A DNA stretch of 64,000 nt from the NCBI GenBank assembly GCA_947446285.1, contig CANFGH010000001.1:4730-68729 (forward strand), in the 5' to 3' direction. The notes beneath the pieces were generated by a model. It saw nothing but the letters and a program-made list of their open reading frames with translations. It did no database searches and was not told the DNA's origin. The DNA comes from Chloroflexota bacterium (GTDB lineage Bacteria; Chloroflexota; UBA11872; UBA12225). Shown here in pieces: positions 18,842 to 27,704 of the stretch. The position numbers were made by a program, and so were the translations under genes. The stretch's first letter is position 1, and each line of letters starts with the position of its first letter.

Positions 18842-19235
18842 CGTGCCGATCTCCCGGGACCACCCCGATGCCTCGAACGGGCCGGTGGGTTCGTGATCCC
18901 CGGGTTCACGTTTTCGTGCCCCCGCTTGTAGGAAGAACGCCCGGCGAATCGGCCCGACTCACGCCGCGGGTAGCCGCGTTGCCGCATCCGGCCGCGGCGT
19001 GGCCGGCGTCCGGTGCGCTGGTAGTGATCGACCCCGCGCAGGGCCGTCAAGCAAGCATCGATTTGTCGCAGTGCCCCACCCATGCGGGCAGGGATCGCTG
19101 CGGACCAGACGCGGAATCCCGATGACCGGACATCCGTTCGTCGGAGTGTCTCCAACCGGCGGGCAAAGCCGGTGGACCCCAGGCCGAGAACCTGTGCGGC
19201 TGTGGTTGCCTGGGCAACCCGTGGCGGGTTCCAGT

Positions 19236-21041
19236 TCAGCGAATATCGATGCGTCGCAGGACCCAAGCAGTGACGGCAAGCGATCCGCCAAGCACCAGGC
19301 CGATGCCGGCAGCGGTCACAGGTTCAAGCCAATCCGGGGCGTTCTCGTCGGGACCGGGTTCGGGGCGCATGACCATGCTTCGGGTCGATGCTGGTGGCGC
19401 CAGTGCACCCGAAGACGTGCCGCCGACGGTGAAGGCCGACGATGCTGCGATGCGCCCGAACTCGCCGGGCAGGTAGATGGTCAGCCATCGCCTTCCGGCT
19501 TCACGTGGCGTGAAGGTGACCTCGTAGACGCCGGGTGCGCCCGCCGCCTGCATGACGCCTTGGGCGACGTCTCCAGCCCGGGGGCTCTCAAATGGGACCG
19601 CGGGGGACCGGCCAACCGTCTGCAGCACTGTGGCATCGGTGAATAGCACCCGCATCGTCACCGGTTCACCCACAACTGGCGACGCCGGACGCAGTTCGAG
19701 TTGGCCCACGACAGGTGCATCGACCAGGCTGTTGGCTTCGGTGCCCCAAATTAGGCGAGGTGCACCGTTGTTCCGGACGGCCGGGGCGATGGCGGTGCCG
19801 GCAAGGCCGATCGAGGCGGCGGCCAGGACGAACTCAGGCCACCGCGAACGGGAAACCTTCACATTGTCCGGAATGCCACTGCGTGCCGGCTGTCTGCCGA
19901 TTTGCGAACCGACGATCCAGCCGGCCACTGCGCCAAAGGCTCCGGTCGCAAGCGTTGGGAGGGCGGCGCGTGCGAGTACTGGGAGTGACCAGACACTGCC
20001 GGCGAGGGCCGTGGTGTAGGGCCACTGCACAAGCATCAGCGTGACCGCGTAGAGCGCCCCGGCTCCGGCAACCATCCCGACTGGCCCGATGCTGCGCCTT
20101 TGGCCGGTTGCGCCGAGGATCAGCACCACGTCAATCACCGGGGCCGCAATCAAGACAAGTGGCACCTCGGGCCGAGGCATCGAGAGCCCCTGCTGGATCC
20201 AGTCGAGCAGCACCCGGAGGATGGTGAACGTCGCCGCCGTCAGCGTTGCTCCACCGACGCGCCGTCCCGCACGCGCTGTCAGCACCAGGCCGAACGCGGT
20301 CAGGGCGGTCAGCAGCGGCGGGTGATACGAAACCGGCACCCGCGCGACGTCAAAGTCATACTCGGCGAGGGCTGCGCCTCCCACGGCAATGAACAGGCCT
20401 CCGGCACTGAACAGCGCCGTGGTGGCCGGTGTCCATCCGGTGGACAACGCGTGCCACGACGCCCCGCCCGCGGTCCGGCTGACGACCTGTGAAATCCCCA
20501 CGATGGCACTGAAGGATGCCAACGCCACACCTCCGATCAGCAGGACATGCGGGGGACTCCAGATGGTCACGTCAAGCCCGTAGACGCGATGCCAGAAGTC
20601 GTCCAGCGGTGCCGAGGCGAGTGCCATTGCGGACCCGGCAATTCCGATGAGTGAGCTGGCAGTCGGCAACCGCGCGGACTGCCATGCGCTCGATACGCCG
20701 TGCAGCGCGGTCGCGAAGATGAGCAGAATTCCGGCATACAGGACGAGGTGGGGAGGGCTCCAGAAGGTTTCGCGCCCGGCGACGATATGCCAGGAGACAT
20801 CCCAGGTGCCCCCGATCAGGAACAGCAGGACCCCACCGATCATCACCAGTTCCGCGGAGAGGTGCCGGGTTGGCTGGAGCCGCAAGCGACCATCGCCGGT
20901 GAACGCCGGTCCGTCATCCCCTTTGGGACGTGTCGTGTCCGGCGTGGCGCCTCTTCTCGCCTGACGGCGTGCCCGGCGGGTGGCCGGCCCTTCGGTTTCG
21001 GGCTTGATGGGTGTGGGCATCTGCAGAACTCCGTGGATCAC
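19236..21041 (-). CDS. Polytopic membrane protein with two DxxWH...PPH motifs, an extracytoplasmic Ig-like (YtkA/FixH-like) domain and a C-terminal anchor
   Basis: WDVSWHIVAGRETFWSPPH and LDDFWHRVYGLDVTIWSPPH, many TM helices, PGVYEVTFTPREAG. The start overlaps the tetR stop (GTGA); alternative ATG at 21020. Confidence 0.75.
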   Translation of the reverse strand: MIHGVLQMPTPIKPETEGPATRRARRQARRGATPDTTRPKGDDGPAFTGDGRLRLQPTRHLSAELVMIGGVLLFLIGGTWDVSWHIVAGRETFWSPPHLVLYAGILLIFATALHGVSSAWQSARLPTASSLIGIAGSAMALASAPLDDFWHRVYGLDVTIWSPPHVLLIGGVALASFSAIVGISQVVSRTAGGASWHALSTGWTPATTALFSAGGLFIAVGGAALAEYDFDVARVPVSYHPPLLTALTAFGLVLTARAGRRVGGATLTAATFTILRVLLDWIQQGLSMPRPEVPLVLIAAPVIDVVLILGATGQRRSIGPVGMVAGAGALYAVTLMLVQWPYTTALAGSVWSLPVLARAALPTLATGAFGAVAGWIVGSQIGRQPARSGIPDNVKVSRSRWPEFVLAAASIGLAGTAIAPAVRNNGAPRLIWGTEANSLVDAPVVGQLELRPASPVVGEPVTMRVLFTDATVLQTVGRSPAVPFESPRAGDVAQGVMQAAGAPGVYEVTFTPREAGRRWLTIYLPGEFGRIAASSAFTVGGTSSGALAPPASTRSMVMRPEPGPDENAPDWLEPVTAAGIGLVLGGSLAVTAWVLRRIDIR

Positions 21042-21661
21042 CGTGGCTGATTCTCGTCAGCCGGCAACGTCGTGGCGGTTTCGGTGCGGTGGGCGCAGGT
21101 GGCCGCGGCGCGCAGCCGCGAGATGACCGCGTGATTGAGTGGACCGGGCAACGGGTCGAGGCCAATGAGGTCCGTGTACCAGAGCCCGTCACAGGCCAGA
21201 CGGACGATCGTTGCAGTAACCGGGTCGATGCCATCGCTTTCCAGGTTTCGCTGCCACCGGCGGTACGCCTCCCGGACTGGTTCCAGCAGGGATGGGTTGT
21301 TCGCGACCGCGGCCGCGATGCCCGTACTCCCCAGTGCCGGTCCATGTCCGGAAGCCTCCCGGGTGGCATGGGCATCCGTCCCGGGAACGGGCGCCTTGAC
21401 CGTCGCGTCAAGGTAGGCGCGCGTCCACGCACCGGGCGTGCCCGGTACCGAGTTCGTCTCCACTTCGGCATCGAACTGCGCGACAAGCGTCTCGACCAGA
21501 CCGCGGATGAGGTCGTCCTTCGAGGCGAAGTGGTAGAGCAACCCACCCTTGCTCAAGCGTGCCTCGGCGGCCACGGCATCCAGGGTCAGCCGCCGCGCAC
21601 CCTCGCGCGCAATCAGCCGCGCGGCGGCCGCAAGGATGGTGTCGCGGGCGTTGGCACTCAT
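21038..21661 (-). CDS. TetR-family transcriptional regulator
   Basis: N-terminal HTH ILAAAARLIAREGARRLTLDAVAAEARLSKGGLLYHFASKDDL; start ATG 21661. Confidence 0.95.
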   Translation of the reverse strand: MSANARDTILAAAARLIAREGARRLTLDAVAAEARLSKGGLLYHFASKDDLIRGLVETLVAQFDAEVETNSVPGTPGAWTRAYLDATVKAPVPGTDAHATREASGHGPALGSTGIAAAVANNPSLLEPVREAYRRWQRNLESDGIDPVTATIVRLACDGLWYTDLIGLDPLPGPLNHAVISRLRAAATCAHRTETATTLPADENQPR

Positions 21662-21677
21662 CGTCGGATGCCGTGAC

Positions 21678-21697
21678 TGTACCAACCAGACGGTACA
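21678..21697. promoter_or_regulatory. Putative TetR operator inside the tetR promoter
   Basis: Inverted repeat TGTACC-N8-GGTACA lying within a minus-strand TTGAGT-N18-TACAGT promoter. Confidence 0.6.
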
Positions 21698-21771
21698 CCA
21701 CTCAAGTCCGGACGGGCCTGCCATGCGTTGGCGATCGGGATCCCGAACTTCCGGGGTATGATGGCACGGTC

Positions 21772-22512
21772 ATGAACGTGTTCACTCTCGTGATGTTGGC
21801 GGGGATGGCATTGTGGTGGGTGCCACCGCTGCGGCGCCTTGTCGTCGAGCGGACGAACCGCACGGTCAAGATCCTTCTGGTGCTGCTCCCCGTCATGTAC
21901 GCAGCCAATCTCTTCTATTCCTTCTTCTGGGGACAGCGAGACGAGTCGACGACGGTCGGGTTCACGGTCCTTGCCCTCCTGATAGTCTGGGGTGGCCTGA
22001 TTGCGGTAGGCAACTGGATGGAACGCCGCAACGCTGGACCGCCCTTGGCGCTTGCGTTGGGGTCGATGAACCGGTTTCCTGGCATGCCCCGGCAGATGGG
22101 TGAACTTGGGCGGGCAACCGTCGCCAAGGCCGCGCGCGATGCAGCCGTGACGGACGCTGCCACTAGGGCTGCGGACGCAGCGGTGACTGTCGGCATTCCG
22201 GCAGCAATCCGCATGGTGGGGATGGTCTCACCGATCGCTGGCCGGATCGCCCAGGCCGTGGCACCATCTGCAATCCGCGCCGCGCAGGCGGCGACGCCGG
22301 GCTTGGTCCGGGCGGCGCAGGCGGCCGCTCCCGGCATGATCAAGGCCGCCCAAGGCGTTGCTCCCGGCGCGACTGAGTCCGTTTCAGGTGCGGTTCGGGC
22401 CGTTCGCAACGTGGACACCGGTTCCGTGGCAATGGCTGCCGGACGGGCAAGTGGACGCCTCTTCGCCCGCGCCCGTCGAAGCATCAACGCGGTCACCAAC
22501 CCGACTGCCTAG
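21772..22512 (+). CDS. Hypothetical membrane protein: 3 N-terminal TM helices and an Ala-rich tail with 11-residue repeats
   Basis: Hydrophobic N-terminus, -10-like TATGAT 9 nt before the ATG, repeats at 22246-22377. Confidence 0.6.
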   Translation: MNVFTLVMLAGMALWWVPPLRRLVVERTNRTVKILLVLLPVMYAANLFYSFFWGQRDESTTVGFTVLALLIVWGGLIAVGNWMERRNAGPPLALALGSMNRFPGMPRQMGELGRATVAKAARDAAVTDAATRAADAAVTVGIPAAIRMVGMVSPIAGRIAQAVAPSAIRAAQAATPGLVRAAQAAAPGMIKAAQGVAPGATESVSGAVRAVRNVDTGSVAMAAGRASGRLFARARRSINAVTNPTA

Positions 22513-22621
22513 CGCCCGTGCCGGGGGCATGCCCGGGCAGTGTCCCTCGTTGCCCGAGGTCACTCATCTGGACCTTGCCGCACTCCATCGCGTATTGGCA
22601 TGTGCTATCGTTTCGATGATG

Positions 22622-22635
22622 CGAACACACGTTCT
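22622..22635. promoter_or_regulatory. Putative LexA (SOS) box upstream of mre11/sbcD
   Basis: CGAACACACGTTCT is a GAAC-N4-GTTC match, just downstream of an extended -10-like TGCTATCGT (22603-22611). Confidence 0.7.
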
Positions 22636-22707
22636 ACCTGCGGTGGCGTGGGGCGACACGCAGAAATCCAGGAGTGACCGGGCATCGACGGTGTCCGGTC
22701 CGGACAG

Positions 22708-24024
22708 GTGCCCGAGATGACGGTGCGGGTCGTCGTTACCGCGGATAACCATCTCAATCGGTACGTCGCGCGCATGCCAGCGGCGCGTCTCGACGAACGA
22801 CGCACACGCCTTCGGCAGGCGTTCAGGCAGGTCGTGGATGGCGCGATAGCGGAGCGTGCGGAGCTCTTCGTGCTGGCGGGCGATACGTTCGATGCGCTTG
22901 ACCCGCGCAATCTCGAGCGGGCGGCCTTCGCCAATTTCCTGGCCCAATTGCGCGACGCCGGTATCGCGGTCGTTGCCGTTGGGGGCAATCACGACTCGCC
23001 TCGCCAGACGACCGATCACGGCGGGTATGCGCCGTTCGACGAGTTTGCCGAGGCTGGCCTCCTCCACTATTTCGGCAAGCCCGGTGGGCCGGGTGACCTC
23101 GACCATGTGGTGTTCAACCTCGGTGGCCAGCGCATCCTGGTTGCCGGGGCCTCATGGTCGGCGGTGGGTGTCGATGGCGGTGATCCACTTGCGGACGCGA
23201 CCATCCCGACCCTTGCCGATGGCGCACCCGATTGGACCGTCGTCGTGACCCATGCCTCGATGGAGGGACACTCGTTTCCCGGGAGTTTCGAACCAGTAGT
23301 CAAACGCGACACCATCGCGGCGCTTGGTGCGGATGTCTTCATCGCGGGACACGTGCATCACTCGTTCACGACGACCATCCCGACGACGCGTGGCCGTCCG
23401 TGTCAGGTTCTCGTGCCCGGCGCCACCGAGTGGATGACCTTTGGCGAAATGAACGGCAAGCCCGGTTTCTGGATCCTGGACCTCCGGGCAGACGGCACCC
23501 GGAGCCTTGAACGGAGGCCGATCGCGCCGCAAGCGCGTGTCACCCTGGAGGTAACCGGGGTCGAACTCCAGCCAATCGGGCTCGGTGGTTTGCGCCCTGA
23601 CGCCGAGACCCCGACCGACGTCCTCCAGCACCGCGTTGCATCCCGCGGGAACCCTGACGCCCTCGCCACGATGCGCATTCATGGGCCAGTCGCACGCGAG
23701 GTCTACGAGGCACTCAACCTCTCGGCAGTGCATGAGGCCGGCAGCAAGGGGTTCTTTACCTTCGATCTCGATGCGTCGGGGCTCATGCCCGAGGGGATTG
23801 CCGTTCTAGGCGTGTCGCTTGAACGGCGGTCACAGGCGGAGGAGATTGCCGCCACGGTCGACATGATGCGTGACCAGGCGACCGATGCGGAACGCGAAGT
23901 GCTCGAACGCGCGTTCGATCTCATCGCGCCGTATTTCGTCAGTGGCAGTGACCGGGCCTTTCCCAATGACCAGGGTGACGCTCCCGGCGCGCCTCGTCCC
24001 GGTGACTTGGAGGTGCACGCGTGA
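22708..24024 (+). CDS. sbcD: Mre11/SbcD-family DNA repair nuclease (metallophosphoesterase)
   Basis: Motifs ADNH, AGDTFD, GGNHD, VTHAS, AGHVH; overlaps the downstream SMC-like ATPase. Confidence 0.85.
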   Translation: MPEMTVRVVVTADNHLNRYVARMPAARLDERRTRLRQAFRQVVDGAIAERAELFVLAGDTFDALDPRNLERAAFANFLAQLRDAGIAVVAVGGNHDSPRQTTDHGGYAPFDEFAEAGLLHYFGKPGGPGDLDHVVFNLGGQRILVAGASWSAVGVDGGDPLADATIPTLADGAPDWTVVVTHASMEGHSFPGSFEPVVKRDTIAALGADVFIAGHVHHSFTTTIPTTRGRPCQVLVPGATEWMTFGEMNGKPGFWILDLRADGTRSLERRPIAPQARVTLEVTGVELQPIGLGGLRPDAETPTDVLQHRVASRGNPDALATMRIHGPVAREVYEALNLSAVHEAGSKGFFTFDLDASGLMPEGIAVLGVSLERRSQAEEIAATVDMMRDQATDAEREVLERAFDLIAPYFVSGSDRAFPNDQGDAPGAPRPGDLEVHA

Positions 24025-27000
24025 TCACCTTGGAGCGGTTGACCGTCGTCCGGTACAAGCGTCTCCGAAAGGTCGACATCGTGTTTCCTGATCGGGCAAG
24101 CATCCTCATCGAGGGAAACAACGAGGCCGGCAAGTCCACGCTCTTCGAGGCAATCCACTTCGGACTGTTTGGCGAGCACCTTGGTGGGTGCACCCATGCG
24201 GAGGCCATCCCCCACGATGCCGATTTCGCCCAGGTGTCGGTCGTCGTCCGGATAGACCTCGGGAGTGGCCAACCCGACACCCTGCGGGTCGAGCGCGAGA
24301 TCAGGATTGTCGGCCGTCGGATCATCCCCCAGGCATCGGTCACCGTTCTGCGTGGCAATGGCGAAGGTGAACGCGTCACGGCCGTTTCCCATGTCAATCG
24401 CCGCATCATCACGGAACTCGGGGGTCTCACGTCCGAGGCCCTGCTGAATTCGTGCTTCGTGCCACAGAAGCAACTTGGAAGCCTGGAGGTCCAGGATCGC
24501 CGCCAACGTGAGGCTTCGGTTGCGTCACTTCTGAACCTTGACCGGTTGACCAAGGTCGCACAGTCGCTTCGCGCTGACCGTACGCATGACGCCGATCTCA
24601 GGGTCCACGAGGCGCGCCTCAAACTTGCCCGAGCCACGGCCGATCTGGAACGGCTCGCTCGAGATTCCGAGGGGTACATCGCGACACTCCGTCTGGCCTG
24701 CTTGAGAGACCGCGCCGCGCGCCTTCGCGAAGCGCAGTCGGAACTTGACGCTGCACGGCGCGACCGTGCGGCGGCGAGTGCTCTCGCCGAAACCGCGGGT
24801 CGACGACTGGAGGCAATCCGCTCGCTCGACGATGCCTTGGTGTCGTGGCAGGCGGTGCGTGATGCCCACGCGGCGGTTGAACGTGAGGCCCGCACTCTTG
24901 ACATGGGGTCCACACGTCTCGATGACGCAATCGCCGCCGAGAACGCACTCCCGTCACTTCGGACGGTTCGGGACGGCCTCGTTGCGATTCACGACCATCT
25001 CCAGTCGATTTCCGCATGGGTCACCAATCGTCAGCGGAGAGCGAATGACCTCGAACGTGTCATCGCGCGCCGGGATGGGCGCATCCGCTTGCAGCGTGAC
25101 CTGCGAGAGATCCTGCGAGAAGAGGCCGATGCGACCACACGTCTCCTTGAACTCGGGGATGAGGTCAGGGCCCTCGAACCTGGACTTCAGGCGCATGCTC
25201 ATGCCAAACGACGTGCCGATGACCTGACCGCGCTCCTCCGGCGTCTCCACGACGTCGAGACCCGTCGTCATGCCGCCACGGTGGCACAAGACCGGGTGGA
25301 CGAGTATGGACGGATTGAACAGGGCATCACCGACCTGCGAGTGACGTACACGTCTGTCCAGGATGAGATCCGGCGCCTTGGGGCGTTGCGCGACGCGGTG
25401 GCGGAGCGCCAACGGATGCATGAGGTGCGCACTGCACTTGGCGACGCCTTGCAGGCCGTCATTGCCTTGCGTGAGGCCGAGCGCCGGGTTGGCCAGTTGC
25501 AGGGTCTCGTCCTTGGTGTGCTTGACAATCCTGCCGGGGCGTCACCTACCGGAGGACTGGTCCTGCGTCTTGCCGTCTCACACGCACGGGTTGGCGCCCA
25601 AGTCGTCTCCTTGCACGTGGAGACCAGTCAGGCGCGGGTGACCGACGTCCGCGAGGCAACCGACGCCGAGATCGAACAGGTCCGGGACCATTCCGTCCCC
25701 GTTCTCGCACCGCCCGACCTGGATCACCTTCGGGAAATCGCCGAAACCGCCAAACACGCGCTTGCCAACCGAGGCGAACCTTTGCCGTCGTCGCCTCGCG
25801 CGGCCGAGGTGCGTCTGCGGGAACTGGACGACCTGCTCACACCGCTGGTTCCCGAGTTCGATGCACCCGACCTGGAGGAGGCCAAATCCCGCTTGGCTGG
25901 GATTGAGGGTGAGGGAAGGGCGCGCCGGGCGGAATTGGGCCGGATGGGTCAACTGCCGGGTCTCGAACGTGTTGCGCGCGACGCTGCAGCCACTCTGGAT
26001 GCGGCAGTTGCCCGATGCGGTATCGAGGCCACTTCCCTCGGCATTGCGTTGCCAACGGACCATTCCGCAGCCGTCACGCTCATTCAGGATGCGCACCGGA
26101 GTGCCGACGAGGCAGCCGACCGGCGTGCACGCGAGGCGGGTGGACACCAGCTGCGTGCACGGCAGGTTTTGGAACAGCAAGGCACCCTCGCGGGCATCGT
26201 CCGCCGGCGGGATGGGGTTCGTGACGACCTCTCCCTCGATGATGACGAACGCCTTGCGACGTCGATCACCGCCGGCGAGGCACAACTCGCCTCGGGTGAG
26301 GACACCGCGCGCGAGACACTTCAGCGCGTGATCGACCAATGGCGCACCGTCCGCGGGATCATCGTCGACCGTGCGATGGCCGAAGGCATGGATCACGACG
26401 TTGTCGACGCTCAGGTGCGTGGGCTGCGTGCGGTGGCCCCGTCTGGCGGCAACGGCGATTGGAGTGTTTGCGAGCCCCTGGCCGTCGTCATCCGCCGGAG
26501 CGTTGGTGACGCCAATCGCGTCGTGACCCGGTTCGAAGACCGCGCTGATGAGTTCCGGCGTGCCTCCGATGCGGTTGATCAGGCACGTGCCCGTCACGAA
26601 ACCGCGCGATCGGAACAGCGGACGGCGTGGGACCGCTTGGACGCAAGCATCGATCTCGTGAACGCGAAATGTGCACCGTTGGGCATTCCACCGGTGGAGA
26701 CCGTTGTGCGCGCGGATCCACCGTCTGCACCGGATATTTCGCGCTGGAACACACTCACGGCGCGGGTCGCGACGATTGATCGCGATGCATCGGAACGGTT
26801 GCGTGAAGAGGCAAACCGCAGTCTCGGGGCCGCGGTGAACCGTCAGGATGAGGTGCGTCGGCGAAGTCTTGAAGAGTACGCGGGCGCCGTCCTCGAAGCG
26901 TCAGCCATCGGTCGCCCGATCAAGGCAGGTGATCCGACTGCGGACGCTCGTGAACTTGCCGAGATCATCACGAATGCGTTTCCCGAACTTGCCGACCCCG

Positions 27001-27704
27001 CGTTACTGGATCGTGCCACCCTGGACGGTGCCATTCGCGATCTGGATGGACGGACTTACGCTGCGCAGGCGTCCCGGGACGAGGCACGCGTGATCGTGGG
27101 AAACGAGGACCCTGTCCCGGTTGAGAGTGCTGAGGCGTCACTCAGGTCGGCTCGGATTGACCTCGAGGCCAGGCGTCGGGCGACCCTGATCCTTGAGACG
27201 ACCCGGAAGCGGATGATCGATGCCATCCTGCCCGATACCCAGAACCAGATGGCTGTTGTGCTCCCCCGGTTGACCGCCAACCGCTACAAGTTCCCGCGCC
27301 TCGATAGCGATTTCAAACTTGAGGTCTGGGATGAACGGAAGAATGGGTGGGTCCGCCGGTCACTCTTCTCCGGAGGCACTCAGGACCAGTTCTCGCTTTC
27401 CCTCCGTCTGGGGTTTGCAATCGCGGCCCTTCCCCGGGAAGTGGGCGCGGTGCCGGGCTTCCTGTTCCTGGATGAGCCCCTCTCGAGTTTTGACCGCGAT
27501 CGTACGCTCGCACTCGTCGATTTGCTTCGCGGTCCTGCGGGGCCAATCGCCAGCCACTTCCGGCAAGTGTTCCTGATCTCGCACTCACAGGCGTTCGACC
27601 CGCAACTGTTCACCCACCAGCTCTTTCTCGAGGACGGCGAGGTTGTTCGGAGTTCGCTGCCGGCACTTCCACCAGTGGCGGACCTCCAACGCGTTGGTTC
27701 GTGA
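24021..27704 (+). CDS. sbcC: Rad50/SbcC-like SMC-family ATPase, long coiled coil, no CxxC zinc hook
   Basis: Walker A GNNEAGKST, Q-loop FVPQKQL, signature FSGGTQDQ, Walker B/D-loop LFLDEPLSSFD, H-loop LISH. Confidence 0.85.
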   Translation: MITLERLTVVRYKRLRKVDIVFPDRASILIEGNNEAGKSTLFEAIHFGLFGEHLGGCTHAEAIPHDADFAQVSVVVRIDLGSGQPDTLRVEREIRIVGRRIIPQASVTVLRGNGEGERVTAVSHVNRRIITELGGLTSEALLNSCFVPQKQLGSLEVQDRRQREASVASLLNLDRLTKVAQSLRADRTHDADLRVHEARLKLARATADLERLARDSEGYIATLRLACLRDRAARLREAQSELDAARRDRAAASALAETAGRRLEAIRSLDDALVSWQAVRDAHAAVEREARTLDMGSTRLDDAIAAENALPSLRTVRDGLVAIHDHLQSISAWVTNRQRRANDLERVIARRDGRIRLQRDLREILREEADATTRLLELGDEVRALEPGLQAHAHAKRRADDLTALLRRLHDVETRRHAATVAQDRVDEYGRIEQGITDLRVTYTSVQDEIRRLGALRDAVAERQRMHEVRTALGDALQAVIALREAERRVGQLQGLVLGVLDNPAGASPTGGLVLRLAVSHARVGAQVVSLHVETSQARVTDVREATDAEIEQVRDHSVPVLAPPDLDHLREIAETAKHALANRGEPLPSSPRAAEVRLRELDDLLTPLVPEFDAPDLEEAKSRLAGIEGEGRARRAELGRMGQLPGLERVARDAAATLDAAVARCGIEATSLGIALPTDHSAAVTLIQDAHRSADEAADRRAREAGGHQLRARQVLEQQGTLAGIVRRRDGVRDDLSLDDDERLATSITAGEAQLASGEDTARETLQRVIDQWRTVRGIIVDRAMAEGMDHDVVDAQVRGLRAVAPSGGNGDWSVCEPLAVVIRRSVGDANRVVTRFEDRADEFRRASDAVDQARARHETARSEQRTAWDRLDASIDLVNAKCAPLGIPPVETVVRADPPSAPDISRWNTLTARVATIDRDASERLREEANRSLGAAVNRQDEVRRRSLEEYAGAVLEASAIGRPIKAGDPTADARELAEIITNAFPELADPALLDRATLDGAIRDLDGRTYAAQASRDEARVIVGNEDPVPVESAEASLRSARIDLEARRRATLILETTRKRMIDAILPDTQNQMAVVLPRLTANRYKFPRLDSDFKLEVWDERKNGWVRRSLFSGGTQDQFSLSLRLGFAIAALPREVGAVPGFLFLDEPLSSFDRDRTLALVDLLRGPAGPIASHFRQVFLISHSQAFDPQLFTHQLFLEDGEVVRSSLPALPPVADLQRVGS

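Noticed and set aside
18842-19235. Possible extra gene (18607-19266, minus) or ncRNA upstream of the methyltransferase
   Set aside because: No credible start or RBS, overlaps both neighbours, no recognisable motif or RNA family.
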